DNA of 58,865 nt from Nanobdellota archaeon (GTDB taxonomy: Archaea; Nanobdellota; Nanobdellia; Woesearchaeales; GW2011-AR9): assembly GCA_038046465.1 (NCBI GenBank), contig JBBSWB010000041.1, forward strand, positions 1-58,865. Direction: 5' to 3'. A program made the position numbers and the translations under genes. The notes under the pieces were generated by a model. The model saw nothing but the letters and a program-made list of their open reading frames with translations, was not told the DNA's origin and did no database searches. Shown one piece after another: positions 50,386-58,859 of this stretch. How positions within the stretch are numbered: position 1 is the stretch's first letter; each line of letters opens with the position of its first letter.

Positions 50386-51891
50386 ATGAAGCTAACTGCG
50401 CCATTATTGTCCGTTCTGGCTTTAGGCTGTGCTGGACTACCGGGCAATATTTCTTTACCAGAAGTTTATACTAATTTAGTTTGTTCTGAAGAAACCCGAA
50501 TGCTGGAAGAAGCAGTAAATCAAGAAGCAAAAAAGAATGAAAACATTTACGAATGTAAAGTCGATACTACTAATTTTTTTATCCCAGAAGTATTGGGCTG
50601 CTCGGTTAATGCGGGATTATATTTTTCTGGTGAAGAACCTTTTGTGGATCAAGAGCAACGGGAACGATATGGGATGTTTTATACTTTTGAACCTTATCCG
50701 GAACGGATAGATCATTACCAACAAGCAGTAGAAAGAAAAAATGGTGCAGAAACGCCTAAATTAGATTTTAAGTTGAGCATGGGTAGTTATTATACGACTT
50801 CAGCAAATTTAAAACAAATTGAAACCTTACAGAAAAAAGAAAAACGCAGTAAATACGAAGAGCAGCTGTTAAAAAGCTTAGCAGAAAAAGTGGCCCGGGT
50901 TAAGGAGATCCAAACTATTCTTAGCTGGGAAGGATTTTATCAAAAAGAAATTAACGGAGTTTATCCGCAGAAATCTGTCCGAGATTACCAACGCTTTCAC
51001 CATTTGCCTGCCCACGGATGGATGGATTTAGAAACTAAACAACAGATGATTATGCCTTTAGAACAACAGGTTTTTCCGGAGCGGCAGAATATCTTACATA
51101 TTTTAGAAGAACGGGTCTTTCATGCCCAATGCCGCATTAATGAACGTGAAGTTTATCCCTATGTAATTGAAGATGCTGCCTTGGATAAGCTAGTAAGTTC
51201 GGCTGCAGAACAATTAGGATTGGATTCGATTAAAGGAACGGCTGATTTTTTTAAAAATGATCCGGGAGAAGTTACCGTGCAGCTGAAGATTCCTGGACGT
51301 TATGTTCAAGAAACCATGAGTTTAGAAATGCAGGTGATTAAATCTAAAAAAGATCGCTCCAAAACTTCTTTCACTTTATATGCTTGGGAAGATGGGGAAG
51401 AGATTGAACTGTTTAAAAGAAGAGCAGTAGTGGGCGGTCCGCACAAAGTCTTTGGGGTAAAAAAAGAATTTGATACTCCCGCCGGAGAAGCTTATTTAAA
51501 ACGGGTAGTGGTGATGCCTCACTGGAATCCGCCTGCTTGGTCCAAAGAAAAGTATGGTGAAGTAAGCACTGTACCGGGCCCTTTAAACGCCTATGGTATG
51601 TTTATGACTGAATTATATTACAGCGATAAAATTCCTAAAGACCCTTATGTTTGGTATATGGACGGAGATTTAGGATTTCGATTACATTTAACCGCTAGTC
51701 CGGGAAGTGTGGAAGGCGGTTATGGTAAATCCCACGGATGTGTAAGATTACATCCTACGGACGGGAGCAGGGTGTTTTATTTTATGTTACGATATACGCC
51801 GCATTTACCGATGAAAGAACTGTTTAAGAAAGGCGAGATTATTCCGTTCGTACCCGGAGAAATGATTAAGGTCAGGATTAAGGAGAAGTGA
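50386..51891 (+). CDS. L,D-transpeptidase (YkuD) domain lipoprotein with peptidoglycan-binding-like domain
   Basis: Lipobox LSVLALGC. PG_binding_1-like segment GFYQKEINGVYPQKSVRDYQRFHHLPAHGWMDLETKQQM. Catalytic motif GKSHGCVRL. Confidence 0.8.
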   Translation: MKLTAPLLSVLALGCAGLPGNISLPEVYTNLVCSEETRMLEEAVNQEAKKNENIYECKVDTTNFFIPEVLGCSVNAGLYFSGEEPFVDQEQRERYGMFYTFEPYPERIDHYQQAVERKNGAETPKLDFKLSMGSYYTTSANLKQIETLQKKEKRSKYEEQLLKSLAEKVARVKEIQTILSWEGFYQKEINGVYPQKSVRDYQRFHHLPAHGWMDLETKQQMIMPLEQQVFPERQNILHILEERVFHAQCRINEREVYPYVIEDAALDKLVSSAAEQLGLDSIKGTADFFKNDPGEVTVQLKIPGRYVQETMSLEMQVIKSKKDRSKTSFTLYAWEDGEEIELFKRRAVVGGPHKVFGVKKEFDTPAGEAYLKRVVVMPHWNPPAWSKEKYGEVSTVPGPLNAYGMFMTELYYSDKIPKDPYVWYMDGDLGFRLHLTASPGSVEGGYGKSHGCVRLHPTDGSRVFYFMLRYTPHLPMKELFKKGEIIPFVPGEMIKVRIKEK

Positions 51892-51969
51892 TTTTAATTG
51901 TCGACAGAAAGTCGATGCCTGGCCAAAAAATAAATTTTCTGCCGAAATATTTATATACTATTATAAAAA

Positions 51970-51987
51970 TGTAATAGTTATATTACA
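51970..51987. promoter_or_regulatory. Palindromic operator-like site TGTAATA-GTTA-TATTACA upstream of the HTH-NTase gene
   Basis: Read directly from the sequence, adjacent to a TATA-like ATTTATATA. Confidence 0.4.
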
Positions 51988-52004
51988 AAAAGGTAATAAT
52001 ACTA

Positions 52005-52586
52005 ATGAATAATAATCTAAAGATACTAAAACTGTTTGTGGACAACAAAGACAAAACCTTCACCATAAAGAAGGCAGCCGAAGCACTAAAAATAAATTAT
52101 AAAATTGTTTACGAAGAGATAACAGAATTGGAAAAAGAAAAATTAATTTCAATAACCAGGCAGGGAAATGCTAAAGTCTGTGTTTTTAATTACCAATACC
52201 ACAGTAAGATTGTTGAAATTGAAGAAATCCGAAAGCAGGAATTATTTAAAAATAAAGATTTGAAATTGATTTATAACCGAATCAAAGAAGTTAAAAACCC
52301 TTTTTATTGCTTAGTTCTTTTCGGCTCTTATGCCAACAAAACTAATCAAAAAGGGTCTGATATTGATCTATGCTTAATTACTGACAACTCTAAAATTAAC
52401 CGCCAAGTTCAGTCGATTTTAAGTATAACTCCTTTGCCAATTCACCTGCAAGAATTTAGTTCGAAGCAGTTTTTGCTCATGCTCAAAAGCAAAGAAGTTA
52501 ATGTTGGCAACGAAATAGTTAAAAATAATGTCCTTTTATACGACATGGAAGCATTTTACGAATTGATAAACAATGTTAAGCAATGA
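52005..52586 (+). CDS. wHTH-fused minimal nucleotidyltransferase (MNT-type antitoxin-like)
   Basis: LFGSYANKTNQKGSDIDLCLI NTase signature, with an N-terminal wHTH. Confidence 0.75.
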   Translation: MNNNLKILKLFVDNKDKTFTIKKAAEALKINYKIVYEEITELEKEKLISITRQGNAKVCVFNYQYHSKIVEIEEIRKQELFKNKDLKLIYNRIKEVKNPFYCLVLFGSYANKTNQKGSDIDLCLITDNSKINRQVQSILSITPLPIHLQEFSSKQFLLMLKSKEVNVGNEIVKNNVLLYDMEAFYELINNVKQ

Positions 52587-53094
52587 ACGGATAAAAGAAG
52601 CACAACAGCAGGTTTCAACCTATCTTGCAGAAGGTTTGCTCAAAAAAGAAAAGGTTAAGAGAATAGTCTTGGAAACTTATCTTAAAAACCATCGGGAATC
52701 TTTGTTAGTGGCCAGGAAACTATTTGATGAAAAAATATCTAATCTTTGGGTGGTGGTCATCAGTTATTATTCTATGTTCTACCTAGCCAATGCTTTGTTG
52801 TATAAAATAGGATATAAAGTCGGCTCAAAAGTTGCACACAAAGTTACTTCAGATGCGCTGATTGTTTTAGTAAGGAATAAGCTGAAAGACCAGCTCATTG
52901 AAGATTATGAATTGGCCAGCAATGAAGCCTTAACCCTTTCTGATAATCTGTTGCAAAATTTTGATTTGGAAAGAGCAAAGCGTTCTGTCTTCCAGTACGA
53001 ATCGACGGAGGAAATAAAAGCTGCTAAAGCAAAAACTTCTTTAGATCGGGCGGAAGAATTCAGTGTTAAAATAGAAAAACTGCTCCTAGACTGA
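52573..53094 (+). CDS. HEPN-domain protein (partner of 52005..52586)
   Basis: All-helical, 173 aa. It overlaps the upstream NTase gene by 14 nt. It resembles 53798..54271 (YYSMFY/YYSMYH, conserved His). Confidence 0.6.
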   Translation: MLSNERIKEAQQQVSTYLAEGLLKKEKVKRIVLETYLKNHRESLLVARKLFDEKISNLWVVVISYYSMFYLANALLYKIGYKVGSKVAHKVTSDALIVLVRNKLKDQLIEDYELASNEALTLSDNLLQNFDLERAKRSVFQYESTEEIKAAKAKTSLDRAEEFSVKIEKLLLD

Positions 53095-53131
53095 AAGAAT
53101 GATTTAAATATTCTAAAATAATTCTAATCTT

Positions 53132-53794
53132 ATGATAAAAGCAGTGCTATTTGATTTGGATAATACTTTAATAGATTTTATGGTGATGAAAAGACGGTGC
53201 ACTGAAGCAGCCGTTTCGGCGATGATTGATGCTGGTTTAGGAATGAGTAAGAAAAAAGCGTATACTTTAATGTTTGAGCTGTATGAACGGCACGGCATTG
53301 AAGACAGCACCATTTATCAGAAATTTCTGCAGAAATATGTTCACAAAGTTGATTATAAAATATTATCTGCCGGAGTAGTGGCCTATAGAAAGGTTCGGGC
53401 GGCGCAGTTGGTTCCCTATCCGCAGGTGCGGGCGACGTTAATTGCTTTGAAAAGTAAAGGGTTAAAATTAGGAGTAGTTTCCGATGCGCCTAAGATGCAG
53501 GCCTGGTTAAGATTAACCGAAATGAGTTTAGTAGAATTCTTTGATGTGGTGTTGGGCTTTGAAGATACCGGCGAATTAAAACCATCTTCAGCTCCGTTTA
53601 AGAAAGCGTTGTTACGAATGAAAGTTAAAGCTTCTGAAGTAGTGTTTATTGGTGACAATCCGCATCGGGATATTGTTGGCGCAAAGAAAGTAGGCATGAA
53701 GACGGTGTTGGCTAAGTATGGCGGATGTAAGAGTAAGAGCGGAGCGGATTGGGAGATTAAGGGAATTGGAGAGTTATTGAAGATAGTGAAATAA
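53132..53794 (+). CDS. HAD-superfamily hydrolase (subfamily IA-like)
   Basis: DLDNTL motif I, S/T motif II (VVSDAP), and K...GDN..D motifs III/IV. Confidence 0.85.
   Translation: MIKAVLFDLDNTLIDFMVMKRRCTEAAVSAMIDAGLGMSKKKAYTLMFELYERHGIEDSTIYQKFLQKYVHKVDYKILSAGVVAYRKVRAAQLVPYPQVRATLIALKSKGLKLGVVSDAPKMQAWLRLTEMSLVEFFDVVLGFEDTGELKPSSAPFKKALLRMKVKASEVVFIGDNPHRDIVGAKKVGMKTVLAKYGGCKSKSGADWEIKGIGELLKIVK
53746..53790 (+). repeat. Direct repeat, copy 1 (functional 3' end of the HAD gene)
   Basis: GGATTGGGAGATTAAGGGAATTGGAGAGTTATTGAAGATAGTGAA recurs, decayed, at 54836-54886. Confidence 0.8.
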
Positions 53795-53797
53795 AAT

Positions 53798-54271
53798 CTA
53801 TTGTAATCTCTTTACAGTTTTAGAACGATATTCCTTAATTTTGTCTTCAGTTAGGTTTTCTGTAAAATTATTAATCTCAATAATAAACTCCTCTGCAATA
53901 TGTATTGATTTCATTACTTCTTCTTTGGTAATAGCAAAGTCAATGTAATACTGTTTATCAACCCTTTCGCTTTTTGCTTTAGAAATCACCGCATTATCCA
54001 AATTAAAAATTTCTTTAAGCAGTATTATGGCGGCAGTGTGGTTTTCGCATTTGATTCCGCTGCGGAAGAGCAGAGATAAAAGCGCGTGATACATAGAGTA
54101 ATAAGCTAAAGCAACAGAATCCTTTAGATTGCCAATCTTTAGAAGAGCCTTGGCTGAAGAAAGTGATTCCTGTGCGCGCTGTAGATAAGCTATCCTCATT
54201 TCTTCGCTTGGTTCAACTACCTGCAGCTTCTTTTCCTTGGCTAATTTATGCAAAAAATCTGTTTTTCTCAT
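53798..54271 (-). CDS. HEPN-domain protein
   Basis: Helical, 157 aa, with a YYSMYHA...ENHTAAI pattern. It overlaps the upstream NTase by 26 nt. Confidence 0.65.
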   Translation of the reverse strand: MRKTDFLHKLAKEKKLQVVEPSEEMRIAYLQRAQESLSSAKALLKIGNLKDSVALAYYSMYHALLSLLFRSGIKCENHTAAIILLKEIFNLDNAVISKAKSERVDKQYYIDFAITKEEVMKSIHIAEEFIIEINNFTENLTEDKIKEYRSKTVKRLQ

Positions 54272-54803
54272 AATATACTTCTATCCCTTTGATGAGGAGA
54301 TGGTTCTTTTCAATTTCTTTAATCAAAAGATTGCTTGGATCGTAAAGGCCGATTTTTACGCTGAGTTTGGAATCAAGCAGCTCTACTTCTTCTTTGAGTT
54401 TTTTATCTTTGGTTTCTAAGTAAAGATCTATATCGCTGTCTTTATGCGCAGTTCCTTTGGCATAAGAGCCAAAGATTAGGGCCAAAGTAATTTTAGGATT
54501 TTTTCTGATGTTTTCAGTAATTAAACGCAACCGAGGATATTTTTGCAGCGCTTCTTTAAGTTTGTGCAACTCTGCAATATAAGCATATTGTTTTGCCTCT
54601 AGGGTTTTTTTAAGATGAAAAACTTTGTTTTTACCTTCCATTTGGAAATCTGCAGCATTTTCTTGATATAATTCCTTGGTTTTTCTGGCAATAGTGGTCT
54701 GGTTGGTGTTGAGTTCTTTGGCCAGCCCTCTCACGTGGTTCTCTTTTTTTAACAGCGCTTCCACAATTTGTATTTTGTAATCTTTTTGTGACATATGTAA
54801 CAT
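54246..54803 (-). CDS. wHTH-fused minimal nucleotidyltransferase (MNT-type)
   Basis: IFGSYAKGTAHKDSDIDLYLE NTase signature, with an N-terminal wHTH. Confidence 0.75.
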   Translation of the reverse strand: MLHMSQKDYKIQIVEALLKKENHVRGLAKELNTNQTTIARKTKELYQENAADFQMEGKNKVFHLKKTLEAKQYAYIAELHKLKEALQKYPRLRLITENIRKNPKITLALIFGSYAKGTAHKDSDIDLYLETKDKKLKEEVELLDSKLSVKIGLYDPSNLLIKEIEKNHLLIKGIEVYYEKNRFFA

Positions 54804-54835
54804 AATTATGACAAAGTATATAAAGGTTTGGATAT

Positions 54836-54886
54836 GGATTGGCTGGGAGATTAAGGGAGTTGTGAAGAGTTATTGAAGATAGTGAA
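54836..54886 (+). repeat. Direct repeat, copy 2 (decayed relic of the HAD gene 3' end)
   Basis: GGATTGGCTGGGAGATTAAGGGAGTTGTGAAGAGTTATTGAAGATAGTGAAGAG. Indels break the HAD reading frame. Confidence 0.8.
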
Positions 54887-54945
54887 GAGTTAAGTAGGCA
54901 TACCTTTATAAATATCTATACCTTTTAGACATCAGTTGATATAAA

Positions 54946-55257
54946 ATGGGAACTCAAACAGCACAATACCAAGATACTGAACTTCAAATTGTAAAAAGCC
55001 ATAAAACTAAGCGTTATCCTAATTTGAATACTGTTCTGATGGTCGAAAATTTTCTTAAAGCAAAGAGAGATTTGCCGCTAAAACTTGCAGAAATTAAAAA
55101 ACAATTGCCTAAAAAAATAATGCATGAGACTTTAAAAATAATTTTAGAATACCTTTGGAAAAGCGGCAAAATAATTTATGGCCCGAAAGGAGTGCAATGG
55201 ATTTATGTTGAACCGGAACATTTAAGAAAGATGCTCGAAAACACCTTAGAAATATAA
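54946..55257 (+). CDS. Putative antitoxin/wHTH protein upstream of the RelE-like toxin
   Basis: 103 aa. Its stop lies 1 nt before the toxin start. Confidence 0.45.
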   Translation: MGTQTAQYQDTELQIVKSHKTKRYPNLNTVLMVENFLKAKRDLPLKLAEIKKQLPKKIMHETLKIILEYLWKSGKIIYGPKGVQWIYVEPEHLRKMLENTLEI

Positions 55258-55258
55258 A

Positions 55259-55600
55259 ATGTATTTGGGCAAAGATGTTCGGATTCTGTTAAAAGGTTCT
55301 GCTAAAGATAGTTTTTTAGAATTAAAGAAGCGCCAGGATAAAGAAGCACAGATCTTGATAAAATCTGTGGAAAGAATAATTCTTATTTTAAAAGATAACC
55401 CTCTTTATGGCGATCCTATTAATAAAACTTTAATTCCTGAAGTATTCCGGAAAGAAGGAATTAAAAACCTTTATCGAGTGGAATTATCTAATTATTGGAG
55501 AATGATTTATACCATTGAAGGGAGTAATGTAGAAATATTTTTATTTGTCTTAAGTCTGGTTGATCATAAAAAATATAATAAAATGTTTGGGTATAAATAA
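55259..55600 (+). CDS. RelE/ParE-superfamily toxin-like protein
   Basis: C-terminal LYRVELSNYWRMIYTIEGSNVEIFLFVLSLVDHKKY matches the RelE-fold pattern (..R...YR.IY.I......I.....H..Y). Confidence 0.6.
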   Translation: MYLGKDVRILLKGSAKDSFLELKKRQDKEAQILIKSVERIILILKDNPLYGDPINKTLIPEVFRKEGIKNLYRVELSNYWRMIYTIEGSNVEIFLFVLSLVDHKKYNKMFGYK

Positions 55601-55641
55601 ATTGTAATTAATTATATAAACTTCAACTTCTTTTCTAATAT

Positions 55642-56187
55642 ATGCTTCAATCTTTGGAAGAAAAACAGGAATTATTGCAAAAGTCAGAAGTTAGCCTGTG
55701 GATTGACCACTATGATGATATTTTTTCTGACTTTGATCCCCGCCCTTATTCCCAGCGCGGCCTTTCCGATGACTTTTTGATTGAAGCTAAAAAATTTATT
55801 AAAGAAAAGGCTTCGGGAAGCTTTGAATTAATTTTTTTAGTACCTGAACTGATGAGAAAACCTGAATCTGAAGGTATTATCAAGAAACGCCTGCGTGAGC
55901 ATTTTAAAAAACACCACCTGTTATTAAAACATGACATGGTTAAAATAAAAAAGAAAGGGATTGCTTTAGCTGCGGTGGGTATGCTGCTGATGTTTGCTGC
56001 TTATTTGGTAACTACGGTTGAACAGAATATGCTGATGAATTTAATTTTTATAATTCTTGAACCGAGCGGATGGTTTCTGGCTTTTATAGGGATGGAGCAT
56101 ATCTTCTATGAAACTAAAGGGAAAACACCTGATTTAGAATTCTACACCAAGATGAGTAGATGCGAGATTAAGTTCAGGAGTTATTGA
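55642..56187 (+). CDS. Membrane protein (two C-terminal TM helices)
   Basis: 181 aa with hydrophobic segments GIALAAVGMLLMFAAYLV and LIFIILEPSGWFLAFIGM. Confidence 0.55.
   Translation: MLQSLEEKQELLQKSEVSLWIDHYDDIFSDFDPRPYSQRGLSDDFLIEAKKFIKEKASGSFELIFLVPELMRKPESEGIIKKRLREHFKKHHLLLKHDMVKIKKKGIALAAVGMLLMFAAYLVTTVEQNMLMNLIFIILEPSGWFLAFIGMEHIFYETKGKTPDLEFYTKMSRCEIKFRSY
56121..56187 (+). repeat. Direct repeat, copy 1 (3' end of membrane protein gene)
   Basis: GAAAACACC.GATTTAGA...GATGAGTAGATGCGAGATTAAGTTCAGGAGTTATTGA recurs at 58061-58120 with a 7-nt indel. Confidence 0.85.
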
Positions 56188-56218
56188 TTTGAAAAGAAGG
56201 TTTGTATTTATAAGAGGT

Positions 56219-57058
56219 TTATTTCTTTTCTATTTTCTTCTTTTTAGTTAAATCCAAGTAATTTTCAGGAGACACTATTTTTATTCCAAAAGTGGTTTCC
56301 GCGTCTTTCCTGGCTCGTCCGGCTACTTCACCGCCTTCTTTTGCTGCATCTAAGTTTTCTGTAAATCCTTGTGCATCCTTCTTGCGTGTAGCCTCAGTAC
56401 TGAGCCTTTCTCCTAACATAGAAAAAATGAGCTCCAAATCATTCATATGGTCGCGTAGATTTTGATTCTTAAACTTTGGATCTAAACCTTTAATTTCTTT
56501 ATGCTCTTTTATAGGTATTCCGAAAGTTGCTTTACTAATTTCATTGGTAAGAATAGCAAATTCTCGCTGTTCTTCAACGCCTCTTTTTTTCCATTCATCA
56601 GTAAGCTCTTGCCGAATGGCAATTCCTCTAAGCCGTTTGTCAATCCAATCTTTAGGATAGCCTTTGAGTTCATAATATCCTTTGGCTCGGTCTTGGGCTA
56701 ATTCTGGATTTTCTATTTCTTGAATTCGTTCGTAGCCTACTTGGGCTAACCATTGCTTAAATGGTTCAGCTTTCTTAGAAGGGATGGATTGAATTATTCT
56801 AAACATATTTTTGGTGTTAGCACAATCTGTAAGATAGGATTTACCATCAGAAGCAAGTAATTTCAGTTGGTTACAATTTGTAACCACCTCGCTTCCTTCC
56901 TCAGTGAGGCGGTATTTAAGTACCTTCCAATAATTTCTAGGGTTATCACTATCACTTAATACTCTAATTACATCAACTACTGAAAACCACCACTCTTCGT
57001 TGCGCCAAACCCTGCGGATGCTTTTTCCTTCAAAAACAGCTAATGAATTATTTTCCAT
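56219..57058 (-). CDS. Bro-N domain / DinD-like (DNA-damage-inducible protein D-like) protein
   Basis: N-terminal FEGKSIRRVWRNEEWWFSVVDVIRVL is a Bro-N pattern common in viruses and prophages. Confidence 0.65.
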   Translation of the reverse strand: MENNSLAVFEGKSIRRVWRNEEWWFSVVDVIRVLSDSDNPRNYWKVLKYRLTEEGSEVVTNCNQLKLLASDGKSYLTDCANTKNMFRIIQSIPSKKAEPFKQWLAQVGYERIQEIENPELAQDRAKGYYELKGYPKDWIDKRLRGIAIRQELTDEWKKRGVEEQREFAILTNEISKATFGIPIKEHKEIKGLDPKFKNQNLRDHMNDLELIFSMLGERLSTEATRKKDAQGFTENLDAAKEGGEVAGRARKDAETTFGIKIVSPENYLDLTKKKKIEKK

Positions 57059-57168
57059 GTTATTTCTGCAACTTAGAAGCTATATAAACCTTACGTGCAC
57101 CTGTCCAGTGGGTGTGTGGTTTAGATTAGAACATAATGTTTCTGTTGGCATAATGGTTATTAAGATAA

Positions 57169-57399
57169 TTGATGTGCTCAGTAATTATGAAGAAAACACG
57201 AGAAAAATATCTTTCTTTGCCAAAAAAAGTAGAAATAAAACCAGAAACATTAGGTTTGCCGGCTAATTTGCGTGAAATTTTTGGAAGTAAAAACTGGGAT
57301 GAACTAAGTAAAAAGAACCAAACTTATTTTATTTTTGGGCAATTGCTTAAGGAAGGTAATTTCATTTTGACTGGAGAAGGGAAAGTGGTGAGAATTTGA
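57169..57399 (+). CDS. Hypothetical small protein (76 aa)
   Basis: Intact ORF overlapping the next ORF by 4 nt. Confidence 0.4.
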   Translation: MMCSVIMKKTREKYLSLPKKVEIKPETLGLPANLREIFGSKNWDELSKKNQTYFIFGQLLKEGNFILTGEGKVVRI

Positions 57400-58019
57400 G
57401 CATATGCTGGATTAATCATTTTCCGGATGAAGCGCCATTGATTCTGATTAACGATACTGGGCTTTATTTTGAAAAAATATTGGCATATGAAAAAAAGTTT
57501 ATAGAAAAAATATTTAAACTAGATTTAGAAAAAGATATCATAAAATATCCTGCTTACGAAGAAGCTTTGAAAATAATTCCAGAGATAATCAAAACTAAAA
57601 AGATGGTTATTTTAGGCCCAACCCAACATAAAGAAATTGGGTTTTTCTCTACTTATTTCCCAATAGTTAAATTCCCGGTTGTAATGGACTTTATTATTAA
57701 AGAGTTTGTTCATGACCAAATGGCAACTTATGATGAAGAAAAAATATTAGCTGCTGCAGAAAAATCAGATCGATACAAATGGCTGACTTTATTTGTTTTT
57801 GGAAGAATACATCAAGAGCTTAAGTTAAATCCTTCTTATTTATACACTAATGGTTCAATTGAAACGGTTTGGCAATATTATGATTTAAACGGATTGTCAT
57901 TGAAAGAAACAAAAAAATATCTTTTGTTAGCCAAAGAATTCGATAACAAAATATTTTTGGAGTTGGCAGCCAGCGAACTGCTGGGAAAGGAAACTCCTGC
58001 AGTTAAACTAATAAGATAA
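57396..58019 (+). CDS. Hypothetical protein (207 aa, TTG start)
   Basis: Intact ORF coupled to the upstream gene. No motif recognised. Confidence 0.45.
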   Translation: MSICWINHFPDEAPLILINDTGLYFEKILAYEKKFIEKIFKLDLEKDIIKYPAYEEALKIIPEIIKTKKMVILGPTQHKEIGFFSTYFPIVKFPVVMDFIIKEFVHDQMATYDEEKILAAAEKSDRYKWLTLFVFGRIHQELKLNPSYLYTNGSIETVWQYYDLNGLSLKETKKYLLLAKEFDNKIFLELAASELLGKETPAVKLIR

Positions 58020-58020
58020 T

Positions 58021-58058
58021 TTTATACAATAATTGTACCTATTTATACAATAATTGTA
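58021..58058. repeat. Tandem 17-mer TTTATACAATAATTGTA x2 (21-nt period), each containing the near-palindrome TACAATAATTGTA
   Basis: Read directly from the sequence, immediately left of direct-repeat copy 2. Confidence 0.8.
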
Positions 58059-58060
58059 TA

Positions 58061-58120
58061 GAAAACACCCGATTTAGAGTCGAGATGAGTAGATGCGAGA
58101 TTAAGTTCAGGAGTTATTGA
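58061..58120 (+). repeat. Direct repeat, copy 2 (relic of the membrane protein gene 3' end)
   Basis: See 56121..56187. Confidence 0.85.
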
Positions 58121-58228
58121 GTGAACCTGGAAGTAAACCAGATTGACCAGTCTAAAAAGAGTACGATAATAGGTGTGCGGGAGCTCTAATCTTCCAAAAC
58201 TTAATTTCCTCATCGCAACATTTATAAA

Positions 58229-58247
58229 CGTTACCAAATTGGTAACG
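58229..58247. promoter_or_regulatory. Perfect palindrome CGTTACCAA-A-TTGGTAACG abutting a TATA box (TTTATAAA 58221-58228)
   Basis: Read directly from the sequence, just upstream of the third HTH-NTase gene. Confidence 0.5.
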
Positions 58248-58259
58248 ATTGTTATTAAA

Positions 58260-58859
58260 ATGATGCCATTAATCAAAACGGGATATTGGAAAATTATGCA
58301 GCTCTTTTATACTAATAAGGTTACAAAGATGCATCTTAGGGAGATTTCCAGGAAAGCCAAGCTTCATGCGCCTAGCACGACCACTTTTTTAAAATCCCTG
58401 GAAAAAGATGGGGTATTGAAGTCAGAAAAAGATGGGAATCAGAAAAAATACTTCTTAAAACTAAATTATAAAACTTATGCTGTCTTTCAGCTCTTTGACT
58501 TAGAAAAACTTAATGCTCTCCCTAACATACGTAAGAATGCAATAAAATATTTCCTTGATTACCTCAAAGAAAAGCCTTTAATTGCTTTTGTTTTTGGTTC
58601 AACTGCAAAAGGAACCTTTAAAGAAGATTCCGATATAGATATCTTTATAATAACTAACTCTAAAATTAATACTGAAGAAGCTGAGAAGCATGCCGAAGCA
58701 TTGACTGGGATAAGGATCAGCACCTTCCAGATGAGGTTAGAACCTTTTTTGAAAGAAATAAAACTTAAAGAAGATCCAGTTATCCAGTCTGCCATAGCTT
58801 CCGGCTATCCGGTGCTGAATAATTTATATTATTACGAGATACTTTACAATGGACCTTAA
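58260..58859 (+). CDS. wHTH-fused minimal nucleotidyltransferase (third MNT-type gene)
   Basis: VFGSTAKGTFKEDSDIDIFIIT signature. The ATG at 58260 or 58296 is preferred over the track start at 58173, which would run through the promoter and palindrome. An overlapping ATG at 58850 opens a further ORF cut by the window edge, possibly the HEPN partner. Confidence 0.7.
   Translation: MMPLIKTGYWKIMQLFYTNKVTKMHLREISRKAKLHAPSTTTFLKSLEKDGVLKSEKDGNQKKYFLKLNYKTYAVFQLFDLEKLNALPNIRKNAIKYFLDYLKEKPLIAFVFGSTAKGTFKEDSDIDIFIITNSKINTEEAEKHAEALTGIRISTFQMRLEPFLKEIKLKEDPVIQSAIASGYPVLNNLYYYEILYNGP

Larger units (their letters stand above)
53795..54835. mobile_element. Inserted HEPN/NTase cassette flanked by duplicated HAD 3' end
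   Basis: Bounded by the 45-51 nt direct repeats at 53746-53790 and 54836-54886. Confidence 0.5.
56188..58060. mobile_element. Inserted 1.9-kb cassette (Bro-N/DinD-like gene plus two ORFs) flanked by 60-67 nt direct repeats
   Basis: Bounded by the direct repeats at 56121-56187 and 58061-58120. A tandem palindromic 17-mer sits at the right end. Confidence 0.5.

Noticed and set aside
53746-58120. Direct repeats as template/variable repeats of a diversity-generating retroelement
   Set aside because: No reverse transcriptase gene is present. The differences between copies are indels and mixed substitutions rather than adenine-specific changes.
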